Virus record (IMG/VR): IMGVR_UViG_3300001199_000004
Strand: one strand, 5' to 3'
Source: a virus
Length of the DNA: 64,000 bases
Below, piece after piece: positions 10,360-21,351 of this stretch; position 1 is the first letter of the stretch; each line of letters opens with the position of its first letter. Below the pieces are notes generated by a model, which was given only the letters and a program-made list of their open reading frames with translations, was not told where the DNA came from and ran no database searches. The position numbers were made by a program, and so were the translations under genes.

Positions 10360-10987
10360 TGGCTTTTACCTGATAAACAATATTGTTTGTAACATCCAAA
10401 GCACTTAATTTGCTATTCGGTTTAACACCTGCCCCCGTATCAAGACAAATCAAATAACCCAAAAAATCAAAAATAACCCCGTCTTCTTGCACCGAATGTC
10501 CAACCACAACAGTTTTTCCTGATTTGTGGGGATTAGGAATTTTACTAAATAAATGTGTCCATCTCAACAAAGTTGATGTTTGATCTGAAAAATCTTTATT
10601 GGGGTCATAATTGGCATGAGTGAAAATAAAATTTTCTGTCTCATAGTATTGAATGCAACTTTTGAAGAACTTTTTATAATCATAAGGGATATCTTTGGCA
10701 TTTTCAACACCAAAAGATTTCAAGGTAGCAGCACCACCAAATTGAAGGAAATATTTAGAACTACCCTCTAGTGCTTCATATAACATTTCCTCATGGTTGC
10801 CCATAATGGGAATATGTTTACAAGACAAATTCATTAAGAGATCGAGAACTTTTTTAGTATTTTTGCCTCGATTTAGATGATCGCCTAAAGTTATGATTAA
10901 ATCATCTTTTTGTGGAGCTATTTTTTTAAGTAATTTTTCTAAGGCGTCTCCACAACCATGAATATCACCAATCGCAATTGTTCTCAA
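10349..10987 (-). CDS. Ser/Thr protein phosphatase-like metallophosphoesterase
   Basis: IGDIHG, LGDHLNRG, MGNHE, FTHA, VVGHS, LDTGA. Confidence 0.9.
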   Translation of the reverse strand: MRTIAIGDIHGCGDALEKLLKKIAPQKDDLIITLGDHLNRGKNTKKVLDLLMNLSCKHIPIMGNHEEMLYEALEGSSKYFLQFGGAATLKSFGVENAKDIPYDYKKFFKSCIQYYETENFIFTHANYDPNKDFSDQTSTLLRWTHLFSKIPNPHKSGKTVVVGHSVQEDGVIFDFLGYLICLDTGAGVKPNSKLSALDVTNNIVYQVKANGS

Positions 10988-11165
10988 ATTTATCTTATTC
11001 TATTAAATCGACTTGTTTCAGGAATGTAAACATATAATCTAAATTTACGGTTTTTATCTCTTACTTTTATCACATTTATGTGGTTACGCCTTAATGCCCA
11101 ATAAATTTTTGTAAGGGAGAATTGTTTTAATGATCCGCCGTGTTTATATGTTTTGTAGATGCCAA

Positions 11166-11696
11166 TCATTGTTTTTTCTTCAACAACTCTGTTGCTTTAT
11201 GCCAAAATTCTTCCCCAGTTCCTTCTGGTTTACCTGCAGATTCCCATAAATGGTGTGCAGTAATCTCAATTTCTCTTTCACTATAACCATGAATCATTCG
11301 TTCGGCTTCAAACCAAAACTCATTGCTGTCATTTATAGGACGGCCAGCACGTTCCCATAAATAATATGCCAACTCTTTAACAGTGTTGGGCAGAAAACGA
11401 TTATAGGTAAGTTTGGGCTCAATAATGGCCTCAATAACATCCAACAAGTTCCAAGGAGAAGGCAAACCAGATGTTTTTACCTTAATGGCTCCACGCTGAT
11501 AAATTTTTTGATTACCAGGATAAATGCTTACAGCCCAATCTTTACCCTTTAGGACATATTGGATCGGATTATACTTCTTCAGTGTATATCCCTTCAAAGC
11601 AGCTAATTCTTGTGCTTTTAAGAATTGCTGTGTGGCTTTTTGCCGATGTTTTTCGCCCTCGCGGCGTTGTGATTTAATCACTTCTTCGTCTTCCAT
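11166..11696 (-). CDS. Protein with two DUF2934-like repeats
   Basis: AYYLWERAGRP...FWFEAE and AHHLWESAGKPEG...FWHKAT. Confidence 0.75.
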   Translation of the reverse strand: MEDEEVIKSQRREGEKHRQKATQQFLKAQELAALKGYTLKKYNPIQYVLKGKDWAVSIYPGNQKIYQRGAIKVKTSGLPSPWNLLDVIEAIIEPKLTYNRFLPNTVKELAYYLWERAGRPINDSNEFWFEAERMIHGYSEREIEITAHHLWESAGKPEGTGEEFWHKATELLKKKQ

Positions 11697-12139
11697 TATT
11701 TTTCCAACAATATGCCTTGAACCGACATTGTAGGGATTTTCGTCCAGTTGTCAATTTGATTACTATGCATGGGTTTGCCCCCATTTTTAGGGTTAATCGC
11801 AATCGTAATGTGGGGGGTGGCATTTTGACAAAGAACTAAAGGCTCACCAAAAGCCGAAGAAACTCCCTGATTTTTATATGTAATGCCGAATGCAATGGCT
11901 TTGTCTGAAATTCCCAATGTGGAAATTTCAAAATTGATCGGTTGACCCAATAGATTAATGTCGTTCAATTTGGGATTAAATCTACCCAAATGCAACGTTG
12001 CATGGTCAACTAATTGCTCTCCACTGGCAGTATTCATTTGATAGCCTGAATTAAGCAAATCAACAATTTGTTTTTGGGATGTAGCCCACTTCACAAGTTG
12101 ATTTCTAGCAATATCTTTTAGAAAAATCCCAGTATACAT
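11696..12139 (-). CDS. 2H phosphoesterase (cyclic phosphodiesterase-like)
   Basis: Two HxT motifs: DHATLH and PHITIA. Confidence 0.65.
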   Translation of the reverse strand: MYTGIFLKDIARNQLVKWATSQKQIVDLLNSGYQMNTASGEQLVDHATLHLGRFNPKLNDINLLGQPINFEISTLGISDKAIAFGITYKNQGVSSAFGEPLVLCQNATPHITIAINPKNGGKPMHSNQIDNWTKIPTMSVQGILLEK

Positions 12140-13093
12140 TAAATTATCTCTAGCTTATCTAATTTATCTTTAATGACATCTTCATTAAATTCTGACAACC
12201 AAACCTTAGGCATTCTACGGAAAAAAGCTACAGGATGATTATAAAAACTAATAGATTTATCAGCAGGATATTTACTAGCAATTATTTTACCAGCTTCTGA
12301 ATTAAGCGTAATTACATGCACATTTCTATTTGGAGTATGTTCTCCATATTGGTTTATTTTAATGCTTTTCTTTTCTATGTCAAGAATAAGTTCTGGGTTT
12401 TTAATCACAACTCTCGTTCGATGTAATCTACGATATTGCAAATAAGGATGGGTAATGTCCCAATGAGAATTAGTACAAATACTATCCTTCCAAAAAGTAA
12501 TATTATAGAAATATTCTGTAATTTTTAATTCGTCTTTAATGAAATCCTTAATGCTAGACAGTTTGCCTTTTAGGATGTAATTTCCCTGCCGAGCATATAA
12601 AAACAAAATAGAATAAAGTCCTGGTTCATACCCAAGATCAATAACTTCTGCTTTAGCAAAAGGTTCATCATCAATGTTTGCATAATGATTTAATTTTTTC
12701 TTCATAAATAGCTCAAAAAGTAAAACAAAGGGGCGTAGAAGTTTTAAATAATGCCACTCAAATGTTTTACAAGTTCATTATACCACAAGTATTTTCAAAA
12801 TCAAACCCAATCGCCTTTTTCCCACACAATTTGCCAATGACGAAAATCTTCGGCCCGTTCAACAACCCTCAATTTGGCATACAAAGTATCTTTTTTGATT
12901 TCCCAAGAAGGTTTTCCGTTGTTTGCTTCCAACACAATGGCCAACACTTCTTTCCGCTGTATTTCTCTATCATCACGCCATTCATTATGTTCAAAAATCC
13001 AGCCTTTTACTGGCTTAAAATAAGGAACTTGTTTTTCATATAAAGTCCATAGACCTGTCTCTGGGTCTTGAATGTGAATTTCATATCTATATC

Positions 13094-13579
13094 TCATGTG
13101 TTTTCATCCCAATGAATCACTTGTTCTGCTAAATCTATTAGAGAATAGCTAATTTGGACTTTTCTAAAATAAGGATCATCTTTACATTCTTCATTGACTA
13201 ATTCAGTTTGAATTTCTAAATCTAATTTACGTTTATACTCTGGATGAATGCCCAAAAATAATTGTCTTCTACCACGACCTAAATGGAAGCCATGCTCCCA
13301 AAGAGTGATTGGGCAAAGCGTTTCTGGGGCAAACCAAAAAAGAATAGCCGTTGATTTTCTCAGATGATGAAATTCCCATTTAATTTGTTCATTAGCCAAG
13401 TCTGAATTGGTGTTGTCGTAAACGTCTCTACGAGGGTTTAGAAGTGTGATATCTCTACCAGCTAACAATTTAGCCATTTCAGATTGCCAATCGGCAACAT
13501 TCGTAATCCCACCACCCAGAAATACAACTTTATCTGAATAGTTTTTGGTATAGACTTCTGGGCATTTAATGTATTTCAT
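13094..13579 (-). CDS. Nucleoside 2-deoxyribosyltransferase-like protein
   Basis: VFLGGGI..DWQ, LLNPRR, QIKWEFHHL, ILFWF, CPITLWEHG. Confidence 0.82.
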   Translation of the reverse strand: MKYIKCPEVYTKNYSDKVVFLGGGITNVADWQSEMAKLLAGRDITLLNPRRDVYDNTNSDLANEQIKWEFHHLRKSTAILFWFAPETLCPITLWEHGFHLGRGRRQLFLGIHPEYKRKLDLEIQTELVNEECKDDPYFRKVQISYSLIDLAEQVIHWDENT

Positions 13580-14329
13580 ATTTTTCTGCTTGTTTTTCTT
13601 CTCTGTGTTTTTCTTTGATGGAAATTAATTTGCCTTTTTTAAACTGGGCTAAATAAGTAATTGCAACATAATCGTTGCCATCATCTGTAAAATAGATGTA
13701 GTTTTTCCCTCTAGGCTTGCCAGCCCTAAGATTACTTCCATAAAATTCTATTTTTTTTGATATATTGATTTTTTTGTCTTTTAGGACGAAATCTTTTCCC
13801 TCACCGAAAACTTCTTTAAGGTTATCAAAACCAGAAAAATCTAAATATAGTTCTCCATCTTTAGTGATGTAGTAATCCCCCATTCCTTCTCCTAAATCTT
13901 TGGTTTGAAAGAATGGAGCATTTTTCAAAAAACTTGGCGGATCTCCAGGTAATGGATAATCGCAACGAATTGAATCAAAAAGTCCCATTATTCAAGTCTT
14001 TCACAACTAAGGATTTTTTTAGTTTTATAAGTTACTCTGGCTTCTTCTTCGGCATCCTCAGCACCAGCAGCATAAACAATTACAACTTTGTTGACATACT
14101 TCTTCTTTTTCAAATCTTTGACTTGCAATTTAATTTCATATTTTGCCATATTTTATTTGTTTCCTTTATATCTGAATTTCATGTATAATATCTTACAGTC
14201 TGGATATTTTAATGGTTCCACTTTTTGAAGTTTCGTTTTCAAATAATGGCCAAGTTGTTTCGATTTGATAAGGCAGATTAACAGCCTTTATAAACGCATC
14301 AAAAACTTCTTGTGTCGTTCGTATCAGCA

Positions 14330-15280
14330 TTAGAGTATGCCTTTTTTAAGAATTTCGTGTTTATTTTGAATCCAATCCAAGGGAAGAAACTTTGGTTTCA
14401 TAACATCCATAAAGTGCCCTCTCCACATAACTACAAATTCATCAATATTGTCTAATTTTTCAACAATAAGTTTACCGTGTGGTTCTTTTAGTCGAATTCT
14501 TGTTGGGTTTTTCCAAGCATCCGATAGATTTTTAAGATTCTCTTCGGTAAACACAAAGTCTGGAAATTCGGCAGAGATTTTGTCCCTAAACTGTTGTTGC
14601 CGCTCTTTGGGTATTTTATCTCCAAAATGAGCTAAAGTGTTAGCAAGCCGGGCTGCATGGGAACGAACACCAACTACTTCTTCATTACCACTATGGACTT
14701 CATACTTCTTTCTAAGTTCTTCTTTGAACTCAAAAGCAAAAATCTCATATTTTCTATGGCATTTAATACAAATACTTAAAATATCAAAATGATTTCTAAT
14801 GGAATAAGCTTTGGGAAGCCATTTTCTATATTGATATGGAATGACATGGTGTCTATTTAGGTTTTCATCAGAACCACAAACAACACAAATATTGTTTCGA
14901 TTGCCAACCTTAGAATGTGGATTTCCAGGGCCAGCCGCTGGAAACGTTAATTGAACTGTTTTATCATCAATAAGGGTGGCAATCCCCTTACTCCAGTACC
15001 AAAATAGCCGCTTATAAGTCCCATAAAACATAAGATTTCCTTCTTGAGAAAGGAATTTTATGTTTCCATATAAATGTCTTGAGGCTCGTTCATCGCGGCC
15101 TCTTTTCTTCACTAGAGACAACCTATATTCTTCCATCGAACACGTAAGCTCAATAGACGCTTCCTTTGCTCCAACCATAATTGTGGCAATAGAATCTCCC
15201 ACACAATCAGCAGCAACATTACCACTGATTGTTTCTAATTCTATTCCATTATGGTAAACTTTAACTGGCATTAGACTCAA
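14330..15280 (-). CDS. HNH-like domain protein resembling the EXD2 C-terminal region
   Basis: CVVCGSDENLNRHHVIPYQYRK...HFDILSICIKCHRKYE; C-terminal FVVMWRGHFMDVMKPKFLPLDW. Confidence 0.6.
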   Translation of the reverse strand: MSLMPVKVYHNGIELETISGNVAADCVGDSIATIMVGAKEASIELTCSMEEYRLSLVKKRGRDERASRHLYGNIKFLSQEGNLMFYGTYKRLFWYWSKGIATLIDDKTVQLTFPAAGPGNPHSKVGNRNNICVVCGSDENLNRHHVIPYQYRKWLPKAYSIRNHFDILSICIKCHRKYEIFAFEFKEELRKKYEVHSGNEEVVGVRSHAARLANTLAHFGDKIPKERQQQFRDKISAEFPDFVFTEENLKNLSDAWKNPTRIRLKEPHGKLIVEKLDNIDEFVVMWRGHFMDVMKPKFLPLDWIQNKHEILKKGIL

Positions 15281-16268
15281 TAAAAAAGTTTTCTTTAGCT
15301 TCTGACAGGTGTTTTACTTTTTGTGAAATGAAGCACAATTCATCCATCAACTCCATTATTTCATCTTTATAAGTGATGTAATTTGGATCTTTTTCTTGTT
15401 TTTTCAGGCCCTTGGTTAAGTGCTTAATCAAAAGTTCGGTTTCTTTTTGATATTTGGCCATCCATTTCATATCCTTGCAAAGTCGCATATCTTTAAGATT
15501 GCAGATTCTATCTGCCATCTTAATGATTTTGGCAAAAATACTAACATCTTCCAGATGTTCACAATTCATCTTGATTCGTTCTTCTCTAGAAAAATGTGGA
15601 AAATCTACAGATGGATTAGAAACCTCACACACCAAACTAAACACATTTTGACCAGAAATCTCAATTAACCTTTCTGATGTTATTTGTGGACAATCTTCTT
15701 TTACATCATGTTCAAAACAAGCACAAAAAAGATCAATAATTTCTGGTTTGGTTTTATGGTCTTTAAAAACAGAATAAATCTTGCAATAAACAGCCTTGGG
15801 ATGATTAAAGTATGGCTCCCCACTGAATTTTCTTTTTTGATCTTTATGGGCCTCTTCTGTCAATTTCATGGCATCATAGGTTTTTCTTTCCATGAAATAA
15901 TGGTCAAGAGACAAACTACATTTTTTACACTTTGCACTGCCCATACAGGATAACAAAGAGTTGTGTGTGGCTTCAAAAGAATGCTCACAGCCTTGAATAG
16001 CCAAATACTGTTTGTACAGAGCAGTCTCTGTAGAATCAAAACTCTTTTGATAATCTGTATCTTCATCCAACTTAACCCTAAGGTCAGCAGACCATTCAAG
16101 ATAATTCGATTTTGAAATTCTATTGAAAACGGTTGCAGTCAATTTGGTCGTTTCTTGGTCATTGGAAAATTCATGACAATGAAATCTCACCTTAGGCCAA
16201 GGATGTCTTGACTCACAAAACACATTTTCTTTAATTTTAACAAACATTTTTCTGTTTTTCCTGAACAA
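15261..16268 (-). CDS. RelA/SpoT-type HD hydrolase (Mesh1/SAH-like) with N-terminal extension
   Basis: EPYFNHP, ACFEHDVKED, VSN, KIIKMADRICNL. Confidence 0.75.
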   Translation of the reverse strand: MFRKNRKMFVKIKENVFCESRHPWPKVRFHCHEFSNDQETTKLTATVFNRISKSNYLEWSADLRVKLDEDTDYQKSFDSTETALYKQYLAIQGCEHSFEATHNSLLSCMGSAKCKKCSLSLDHYFMERKTYDAMKLTEEAHKDQKRKFSGEPYFNHPKAVYCKIYSVFKDHKTKPEIIDLFCACFEHDVKEDCPQITSERLIEISGQNVFSLVCEVSNPSVDFPHFSREERIKMNCEHLEDVSIFAKIIKMADRICNLKDMRLCKDMKWMAKYQKETELLIKHLTKGLKKQEKDPNYITYKDEIMELMDELCFISQKVKHLSEAKENFFIESNAS

Positions 16269-17142
16269 TCATCCTGTTCTTAATATACTCCAAAGCTCGG
16301 AGTTTAATCTGACGAACACGTTCTTTACTGATATTTAATTCCTTGCCAACGGCAACTAGGGTGTTTTCTTCTGGTAATGTTTTTGTAAATCCAAACATTC
16401 TCATGAGAATGTATTTTTCCCTATACTCTAAAACAGGATCTAACAACTCAAGTAATTTTTGAGAAATAGCCTTTTTCTCTTTATCAGAAACTTCTTCTTG
16501 GACTGTAGGGCTCTTTTCAGGGGGGTCAAAATCCTTACTTAAACGAAGTTTTGTTAGACTTTCGCATTTTGACAAAACTTTTTTGTTTAGTTGTTGAGCT
16601 TTAATTAAATTGTTTTTAACCGCCCAAACAGCATAAGTGCTAAAAACAAAACCTCTGGTCCAATCGAAAAAATCAATAGCCCTAAGAATAGACGAATAAA
16701 TCTCAGCAACAAACTCATCTCTAGTGAATTTGCATTGTGTGCTGGCGGCAAGTTGCTTTTTAACGCACCCAATTAATTTAAGATTTGATACGGCCAATAA
16801 ATTACCTATTTTCTTGGCTCGCCAATAAAATTCACTCATTTGCTTGTGCAGCTTTTTGGTTAATTTTTTATTAACGAGTTTTTTGGCAATACAATATTTC
16901 AAAAAATTATAGTGCCGAAACAAATGAATCTGTTGTGCTTTGGAAAGAACAGGTTCTGCAGAACATGCCGCCAAAGCTCCAGCTTGTTTATATTCTATAC
17001 TGGTGGCTTTATTTTCTAAATACTGCTCATAATCAGGCATTTCCTTCATAATCTGAAGGTTTGCACCATTTTTGTAAAAAGAATCATCTGCAAAATATTT
17101 CTTAGAAAAATCTTTAAGTACCTGCAAATCTACGAGTTTCAT
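16237..17142 (-). CDS. Sigma70-family RNA polymerase sigma factor
   Basis: Region 2: SNLKLI..V, LRAIDFFDWTRGFVFSTYAVWAV. Region 4 HTH: TLVAVGKELNISKERVRQIKLRAL. Confidence 0.9.
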   Translation of the reverse strand: MKLVDLQVLKDFSKKYFADDSFYKNGANLQIMKEMPDYEQYLENKATSIEYKQAGALAACSAEPVLSKAQQIHLFRHYNFLKYCIAKKLVNKKLTKKLHKQMSEFYWRAKKIGNLLAVSNLKLIGCVKKQLAASTQCKFTRDEFVAEIYSSILRAIDFFDWTRGFVFSTYAVWAVKNNLIKAQQLNKKVLSKCESLTKLRLSKDFDPPEKSPTVQEEVSDKEKKAISQKLLELLDPVLEYREKYILMRMFGFTKTLPEENTLVAVGKELNISKERVRQIKLRALEYIKNRMIVQEKQKNVC

Positions 17143-17156
17143 AATACTCTTTGTTG

Positions 17157-18392
17157 TTAAGCAACCATGTCTTGGGCAAGATGCGTTTCAATAAACTTTT
17201 TGTCAACCTCATAGGAACCAACCTTTTCTGAGGCTTCGTACATTAAATCAAGCATAAAACTTTCTACAACACTTCGCAACCCTCTAGCTCCCACTTTCTT
17301 GTCAAAAGAAACTGAGGCAATATATTCCACAGCTTCATCCGTAAATGATAACGTAGAACCATCCATTTTGAACAACTTTTGATATTGCTTCAACAAAGCA
17401 TCTTTAGGCTCTGTCAAAACCTGAACCAATGCTTTTTTATCCAACTCTTTCAATGAAGTAATTGCTGGCAATCTACCAACTAATTCAGGGATTAGACCAA
17501 ATTCAACCAAGTCCTCACTGGTAAGCTTGGCCATCAAATCTTGATTCTTGGCTTCTTTGGAGCCAAAACCCATATACTTACCTTGACCCATTCGTTTTTC
17601 AATAATTTTATCCAACCCAACAAATGTCCCGCCACAGATGAATAGAATGTTTGTAGTGTCAATTTCAATGCATTGTTGCTCTGGATGCTTTCTACCACCT
17701 TGGGGCGGCACATTGCACTTAGTACCCTCTATAAGCTTCAATAGAGATTGTTGGACCCCTTCACCAGAAACGTCCCGTGTAATAGAAACGTTTTGACTTG
17801 TTTTACCAATTTTATCAATTTCATCAATATAAATAATCCCTCTTTCTGCAGAAGGAATATTCATATCGGTATTTCTAAGTAATTTTAAAACTAGATTTTC
17901 AACATCTTCTCCAACATATCCAGCTTCTGTCAGGGTTGTCGCGTCCCCAATAGCAAATGGAACATGCAACAGTTTGGCTAAAGTTTGTGCCAGTAAGGTT
18001 TTACCGCTACCAGTTGGACCAACCAAAAGAATGTTGGATTTTGAAATTTTAACATCTGAAAGATTACCCAAATCCATAGGTTTGCGTTCAGAAATAATCC
18101 GTTTGTAGTGATTGTAAACCGCTACGGACAATCTCTTTTTAGCATGCTCTTGACCGATAATATATTCGTCAAGATGCTTCACAATCTCTTTGGGAGAAGG
18201 GATCTTCGTTGATTTTTTTGGAGATTTGGGATCATCTTGTGGTGATTCTGTCATTGTAGTACGACAAATCTCAATACAAGACGCACAAATACTAGAAGGG
18301 ATTCTTCTAGGTTTAAGAATTGGCCCTTTTACAAGTGGTCCAACCTTACTAGATGGTTCACCACAAAAACTACAAACTGTCTTTTCTTCCAT
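17157..18392 (-). CDS. clpX: ATP-dependent Clp protease ATP-binding subunit ClpX
   Basis: CSFCG zinc-binding domain, [51 protein letters not shown]. Confidence 0.97.
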   Translation of the reverse strand: MEEKTVCSFCGEPSSKVGPLVKGPILKPRRIPSSICASCIEICRTTMTESPQDDPKSPKKSTKIPSPKEIVKHLDEYIIGQEHAKKRLSVAVYNHYKRIISERKPMDLGNLSDVKISKSNILLVGPTGSGKTLLAQTLAKLLHVPFAIGDATTLTEAGYVGEDVENLVLKLLRNTDMNIPSAERGIIYIDEIDKIGKTSQNVSITRDVSGEGVQQSLLKLIEGTKCNVPPQGGRKHPEQQCIEIDTTNILFICGGTFVGLDKIIEKRMGQGKYMGFGSKEAKNQDLMAKLTSEDLVEFGLIPELVGRLPAITSLKELDKKALVQVLTEPKDALLKQYQKLFKMDGSTLSFTDEAVEYIASVSFDKKVGARGLRSVVESFMLDLMYEASEKVGSYEVDKKFIETHLAQDMVA

Positions 18393-18432
18393 ATCCGCCT
18401 AACGTGTAAAATGAAACTAAGTCGTTAGGTTC

Positions 18433-18460
18433 ATTATACTTAAAGCTAGACCATAGTCAA
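18433..18460 (-). promoter_or_regulatory. Sigma70-type promoter upstream of clpX
   Basis: TTGACT-N16-TATAAT on the minus strand. Confidence 0.65.
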
Positions 18461-18473
18461 GAAGTTTTATGTG

Positions 18474-19160
18474 TTATCTATACCCCTTATAAGCCTTAGC
18501 CATCTCAGCTAGCTCATTTTCAATTTTGTTTAATCTGTCTTTATTCTCCAGCATTTTAGATTGTTCGTATTCCGCCCAACCCAACAAAGAGGCAAACAAG
18601 AAGAAAATACACATGCTATATTGCTGAAAATAGATACATGTACCCAAAACAATGCTTGCCGTACCCATCCCAACAACATAGCTTGTTTGAATGGCTCGTA
18701 ACTTGTCTTTGTACCAAAAATATAATACTGATTTTAAAATTTTGTTTCCGTCTAATGGGGCAATTGGGATTAAATTAAATGCCACTAAAAACAAATTCAT
18801 AACCATCAACATTTTTATAGCATGTGATGGATAAAATTGATTCAAAATGAAAAAATCAAGTGCGAACATTAAGTTAGACAAAGGGCCTGCCGCGATGATG
18901 AGGAATTCTTCTTTAGCAGAAGCCGTGTTTAAGTCCTTAATATACGCCAAACCACCCATGGCATTTAATTCAATCTTTGGCACATCATAACCCAACTGTT
19001 TTGTTGTAAGAGCATGACAAAATTCATGTACCAAAACAGAAAGATAAAGCATTCCATAAAACCATATCGTTTCTGGCCCGGAATATATCACTATCCCAAA
19101 AAACAGGAAAAAGCTAATCGTTAGATGAAAATCAATATCGAAAATTTTACAAATTCTCAA
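18474..19160 (-). CDS. Site-2 protease (peptidase M50)
   Basis: VLVHEFCHA (HExxH), AAGPLSN, FNLIPIAPLDG, several TM segments. Confidence 0.92.
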   Translation of the reverse strand: MRICKIFDIDFHLTISFFLFFGIVIYSGPETIWFYGMLYLSVLVHEFCHALTTKQLGYDVPKIELNAMGGLAYIKDLNTASAKEEFLIIAAGPLSNLMFALDFFILNQFYPSHAIKMLMVMNLFLVAFNLIPIAPLDGNKILKSVLYFWYKDKLRAIQTSYVVGMGTASIVLGTCIYFQQYSMCIFFLFASLLGWAEYEQSKMLENKDRLNKIENELAEMAKAYKGYR

Positions 19161-19884
19161 GAAAAGAACTCCATTTTGTACGCAAATATTCGTGATTATT
19201 TTGAAAGGAAGTCATTACATCTTGAGTCTTGGAAACCTCTTTAATTGTTTGATTTCCAAAATGTTTCACAAATCCAAGATGCAATGCATATATTGTACCA
19301 CCATAGCTTTTCAATCTCAACGAAAAATCAGAATCCTCGCCATAAGCAAAATTCAGGCGTTCATCAAATAGACCATGTTTTTTATAAAGTTCTCTAGTAA
19401 TTGCAAAACACCAACCAGGAATGTAATCAGCTTTATCTCCAAAAACTGTTTTACCACCCATAAAATTCTTATCTAATGTCCCACCAGCATATCCTACTTG
19501 CCAATACCCTTTTTTCAAATAATTGATTAAAGGGTTGTCCCAACCTTTCATAACGACTGTATCTGAATTAAGCAAAATAATATAGGGAGAAATTCCCATA
19601 CTAGCTAAAATATTGTTCGGTTTAATAAATCCAAAATTGTTCTTACTGGATATTATCTTGCCGTTTTGTTTTCTCAGATATTCTTTGGTTTCCTGATTGG
19701 AGGCATTATCCCAAAAATAGAGATTATAATTTTCTGTGTTCTCTTTGATGCTTTGAACGCAATTTTTCACATAATCTAATTGGTCTTTAACCACAATAAG
19801 AATGTCTTTTTGATCAGAATTTTCCTGGGTATAGGCCAATTCTTCATATATTTTATCTTTGTGATTCTCAAATAATTCTAACAC
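19147..19884 (-). CDS. Glycosyltransferase family 2
   Basis: WDNAS, NFGFIKPNN, ILLNSD, FAYGEDSDFSLR. Confidence 0.85.
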   Translation of the reverse strand: MLELFENHKDKIYEELAYTQENSDQKDILIVVKDQLDYVKNCVQSIKENTENYNLYFWDNASNQETKEYLRKQNGKIISSKNNFGFIKPNNILASMGISPYIILLNSDTVVMKGWDNPLINYLKKGYWQVGYAGGTLDKNFMGGKTVFGDKADYIPGWCFAITRELYKKHGLFDERLNFAYGEDSDFSLRLKSYGGTIYALHLGFVKHFGNQTIKEVSKTQDVMTSFQNNHEYLRTKWSSFLENL

Positions 19885-20426
19885 TAATTGCCCTTTGTAC
19901 TTTCCATAAGAGATTTTACGTTCTCTCTGCAGAAACCATGTTCTCCACGCTCTATGAATTCATATATAATGTTTGTAAGTGCTGATGGTTTAGTAAACAC
20001 TTGAATTAATTGATCTTGTGGACAACGCAGCGGTTTATCAGAAGCAAATTCTGCATATCCTTTTTCCATCCATTCTTTCATGGTTTCTTCAACAGATTTA
20101 ACCTGATATGCAAAATGATGCGGACCTCCAATTCCGCCACGGGCGGCAACCCATTCTCCAACAATAGAACCAGGACTACCATCAGACACAAACAATTCTG
20201 GTGCTAAATGATATTGTGTCTGAAGTCCATGGTAAAACAATGGATCGGCAATCCACGGAACTCCATTTGTTTTTTCAGGTGGCTCTAATGCTATACATTT
20301 TGTTGTGGTTCCATCATCAAATTTAAGATCAAATTCCGTTTGAATTTTATATCCAAGAGCATTTATAAAAAATTTAGCTGTTTTATTTCGATCTGCTACC
20401 CTATAAGCAATATGATCAAGTCGCAT
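19884..20426 (-). CDS. VOC-family (glyoxalase/epimerase-like) protein
   Basis: LDHIAYRV, GGPHHFAYQV, QVFT, IYEFIER metal-binding pattern. Confidence 0.8.
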   Translation of the reverse strand: MRLDHIAYRVADRNKTAKFFINALGYKIQTEFDLKFDDGTTTKCIALEPPEKTNGVPWIADPLFYHGLQTQYHLAPELFVSDGSPGSIVGEWVAARGGIGGPHHFAYQVKSVEETMKEWMEKGYAEFASDKPLRCPQDQLIQVFTKPSALTNIIYEFIERGEHGFCRENVKSLMESTKGN

Positions 20427-21222
20427 TTTTTTTCCTGTGAGCTTCGCTCATTTTTTGACGAGTTTCTTCTGAAAGTTTTTTACCTTTTCTTGCATTACTC
20501 ATTTTTTGACGAGTTTCTTCTGAAATAAAACGAGTAGAATTTGATAAAATTATCTTATCTTTATGTTCTTTAGAACGTTTTTTTCCTGTATTGCTTTCGC
20601 CAATTTTATTTTTATGTTCCTTGGAAAGTTTTTTGCCTGATTTTGCTTTACTAATTTTATTTTTAGTTTCTTTAGAATGTTTTTTACCAAAAAAATGATT
20701 TTTTTCACCAACTCTTCGCATTTTTATTTTTTGTTCTTCACTTAATTTTTTACCCATGTGAGATTTGCTTATTTTATCTCTGGCCTCCTGAGAAACAACA
20801 TGTGTTCTACCAAGTCCAGCTAATCTTATTTTTTCTTTTGTTTCTTTAGAGTGTTTTTTCCCCAAATTTATCAACCTTAACTTTTCTTTTGTTTCAAAAG
20901 AACAAGGCCGACCACCACAATTGCCAGCTAAAGGATTAATATTATATCCAATTTCTGTGTCCGTTGCTGATAACTTATCGATCCAATATTGTTCTCTTTC
21001 TAGAAGAACTTTGTTTTCACAAGAAGGAAGCAATTCGATGATTTCAAATAAAAATGCAGCTTCACCATAAAGAACAAACGCATGTTGCAAATGTCTATTT
21101 CTATGATTATTTTTTCTTAATGCATAAAAATGATGATAATTTCTTTTGGCCAAATTATAAGAACTGCCAATGTATATTTTACCATTCACCAAATTTTTAA
21201 TTTTATAAATTCCAGTATTCAT
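20416..21222 (-). CDS. Free-standing GIY-YIG homing endonuclease with NUMOD3 repeats
   Basis: GIYKIKNLVNGKIYIGSS, LQHAF..YG, EREQYWI, GYN, repeated HSKETKEKI/SEETRQKMS. Confidence 0.93.
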   Translation of the reverse strand: MNTGIYKIKNLVNGKIYIGSSYNLAKRNYHHFYALRKNNHRNRHLQHAFVLYGEAAFLFEIIELLPSCENKVLLEREQYWIDKLSATDTEIGYNINPLAGNCGGRPCSFETKEKLRLINLGKKHSKETKEKIRLAGLGRTHVVSQEARDKISKSHMGKKLSEEQKIKMRRVGEKNHFFGKKHSKETKNKISKAKSGKKLSKEHKNKIGESNTGKKRSKEHKDKIILSNSTRFISEETRQKMSNARKGKKLSEETRQKMSEAHRKKNAT

Positions 21223-21276
21223 AATATTATATATGATTTAACTGGATTAATTAATGAATTTATTAAAATAAAACAT

Positions 21277-21308
21277 AAAAAACTCCTGGGAAATGCCAGG
21301 AGTTTTTT
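21277..21308. terminator. Bidirectional intrinsic terminator
   Basis: AAAAAACTCCTGG-gaaatg-CCAGGAGTTTTTT. Confidence 0.85.
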
Positions 21309-21351
21309 ATGAATTCAGAGAGAACGTAAAAAAATTGATGGAATCTATTTT

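Noticed and set aside
20440-20900. DNA repeats in the GIY-YIG gene
   Set aside because: These are coding NUMOD3 repeats.
20416-21222. Group I intron around the GIY-YIG endonuclease
   Set aside because: The flanking genes are complete and unrelated, and no intron core is recognisable.
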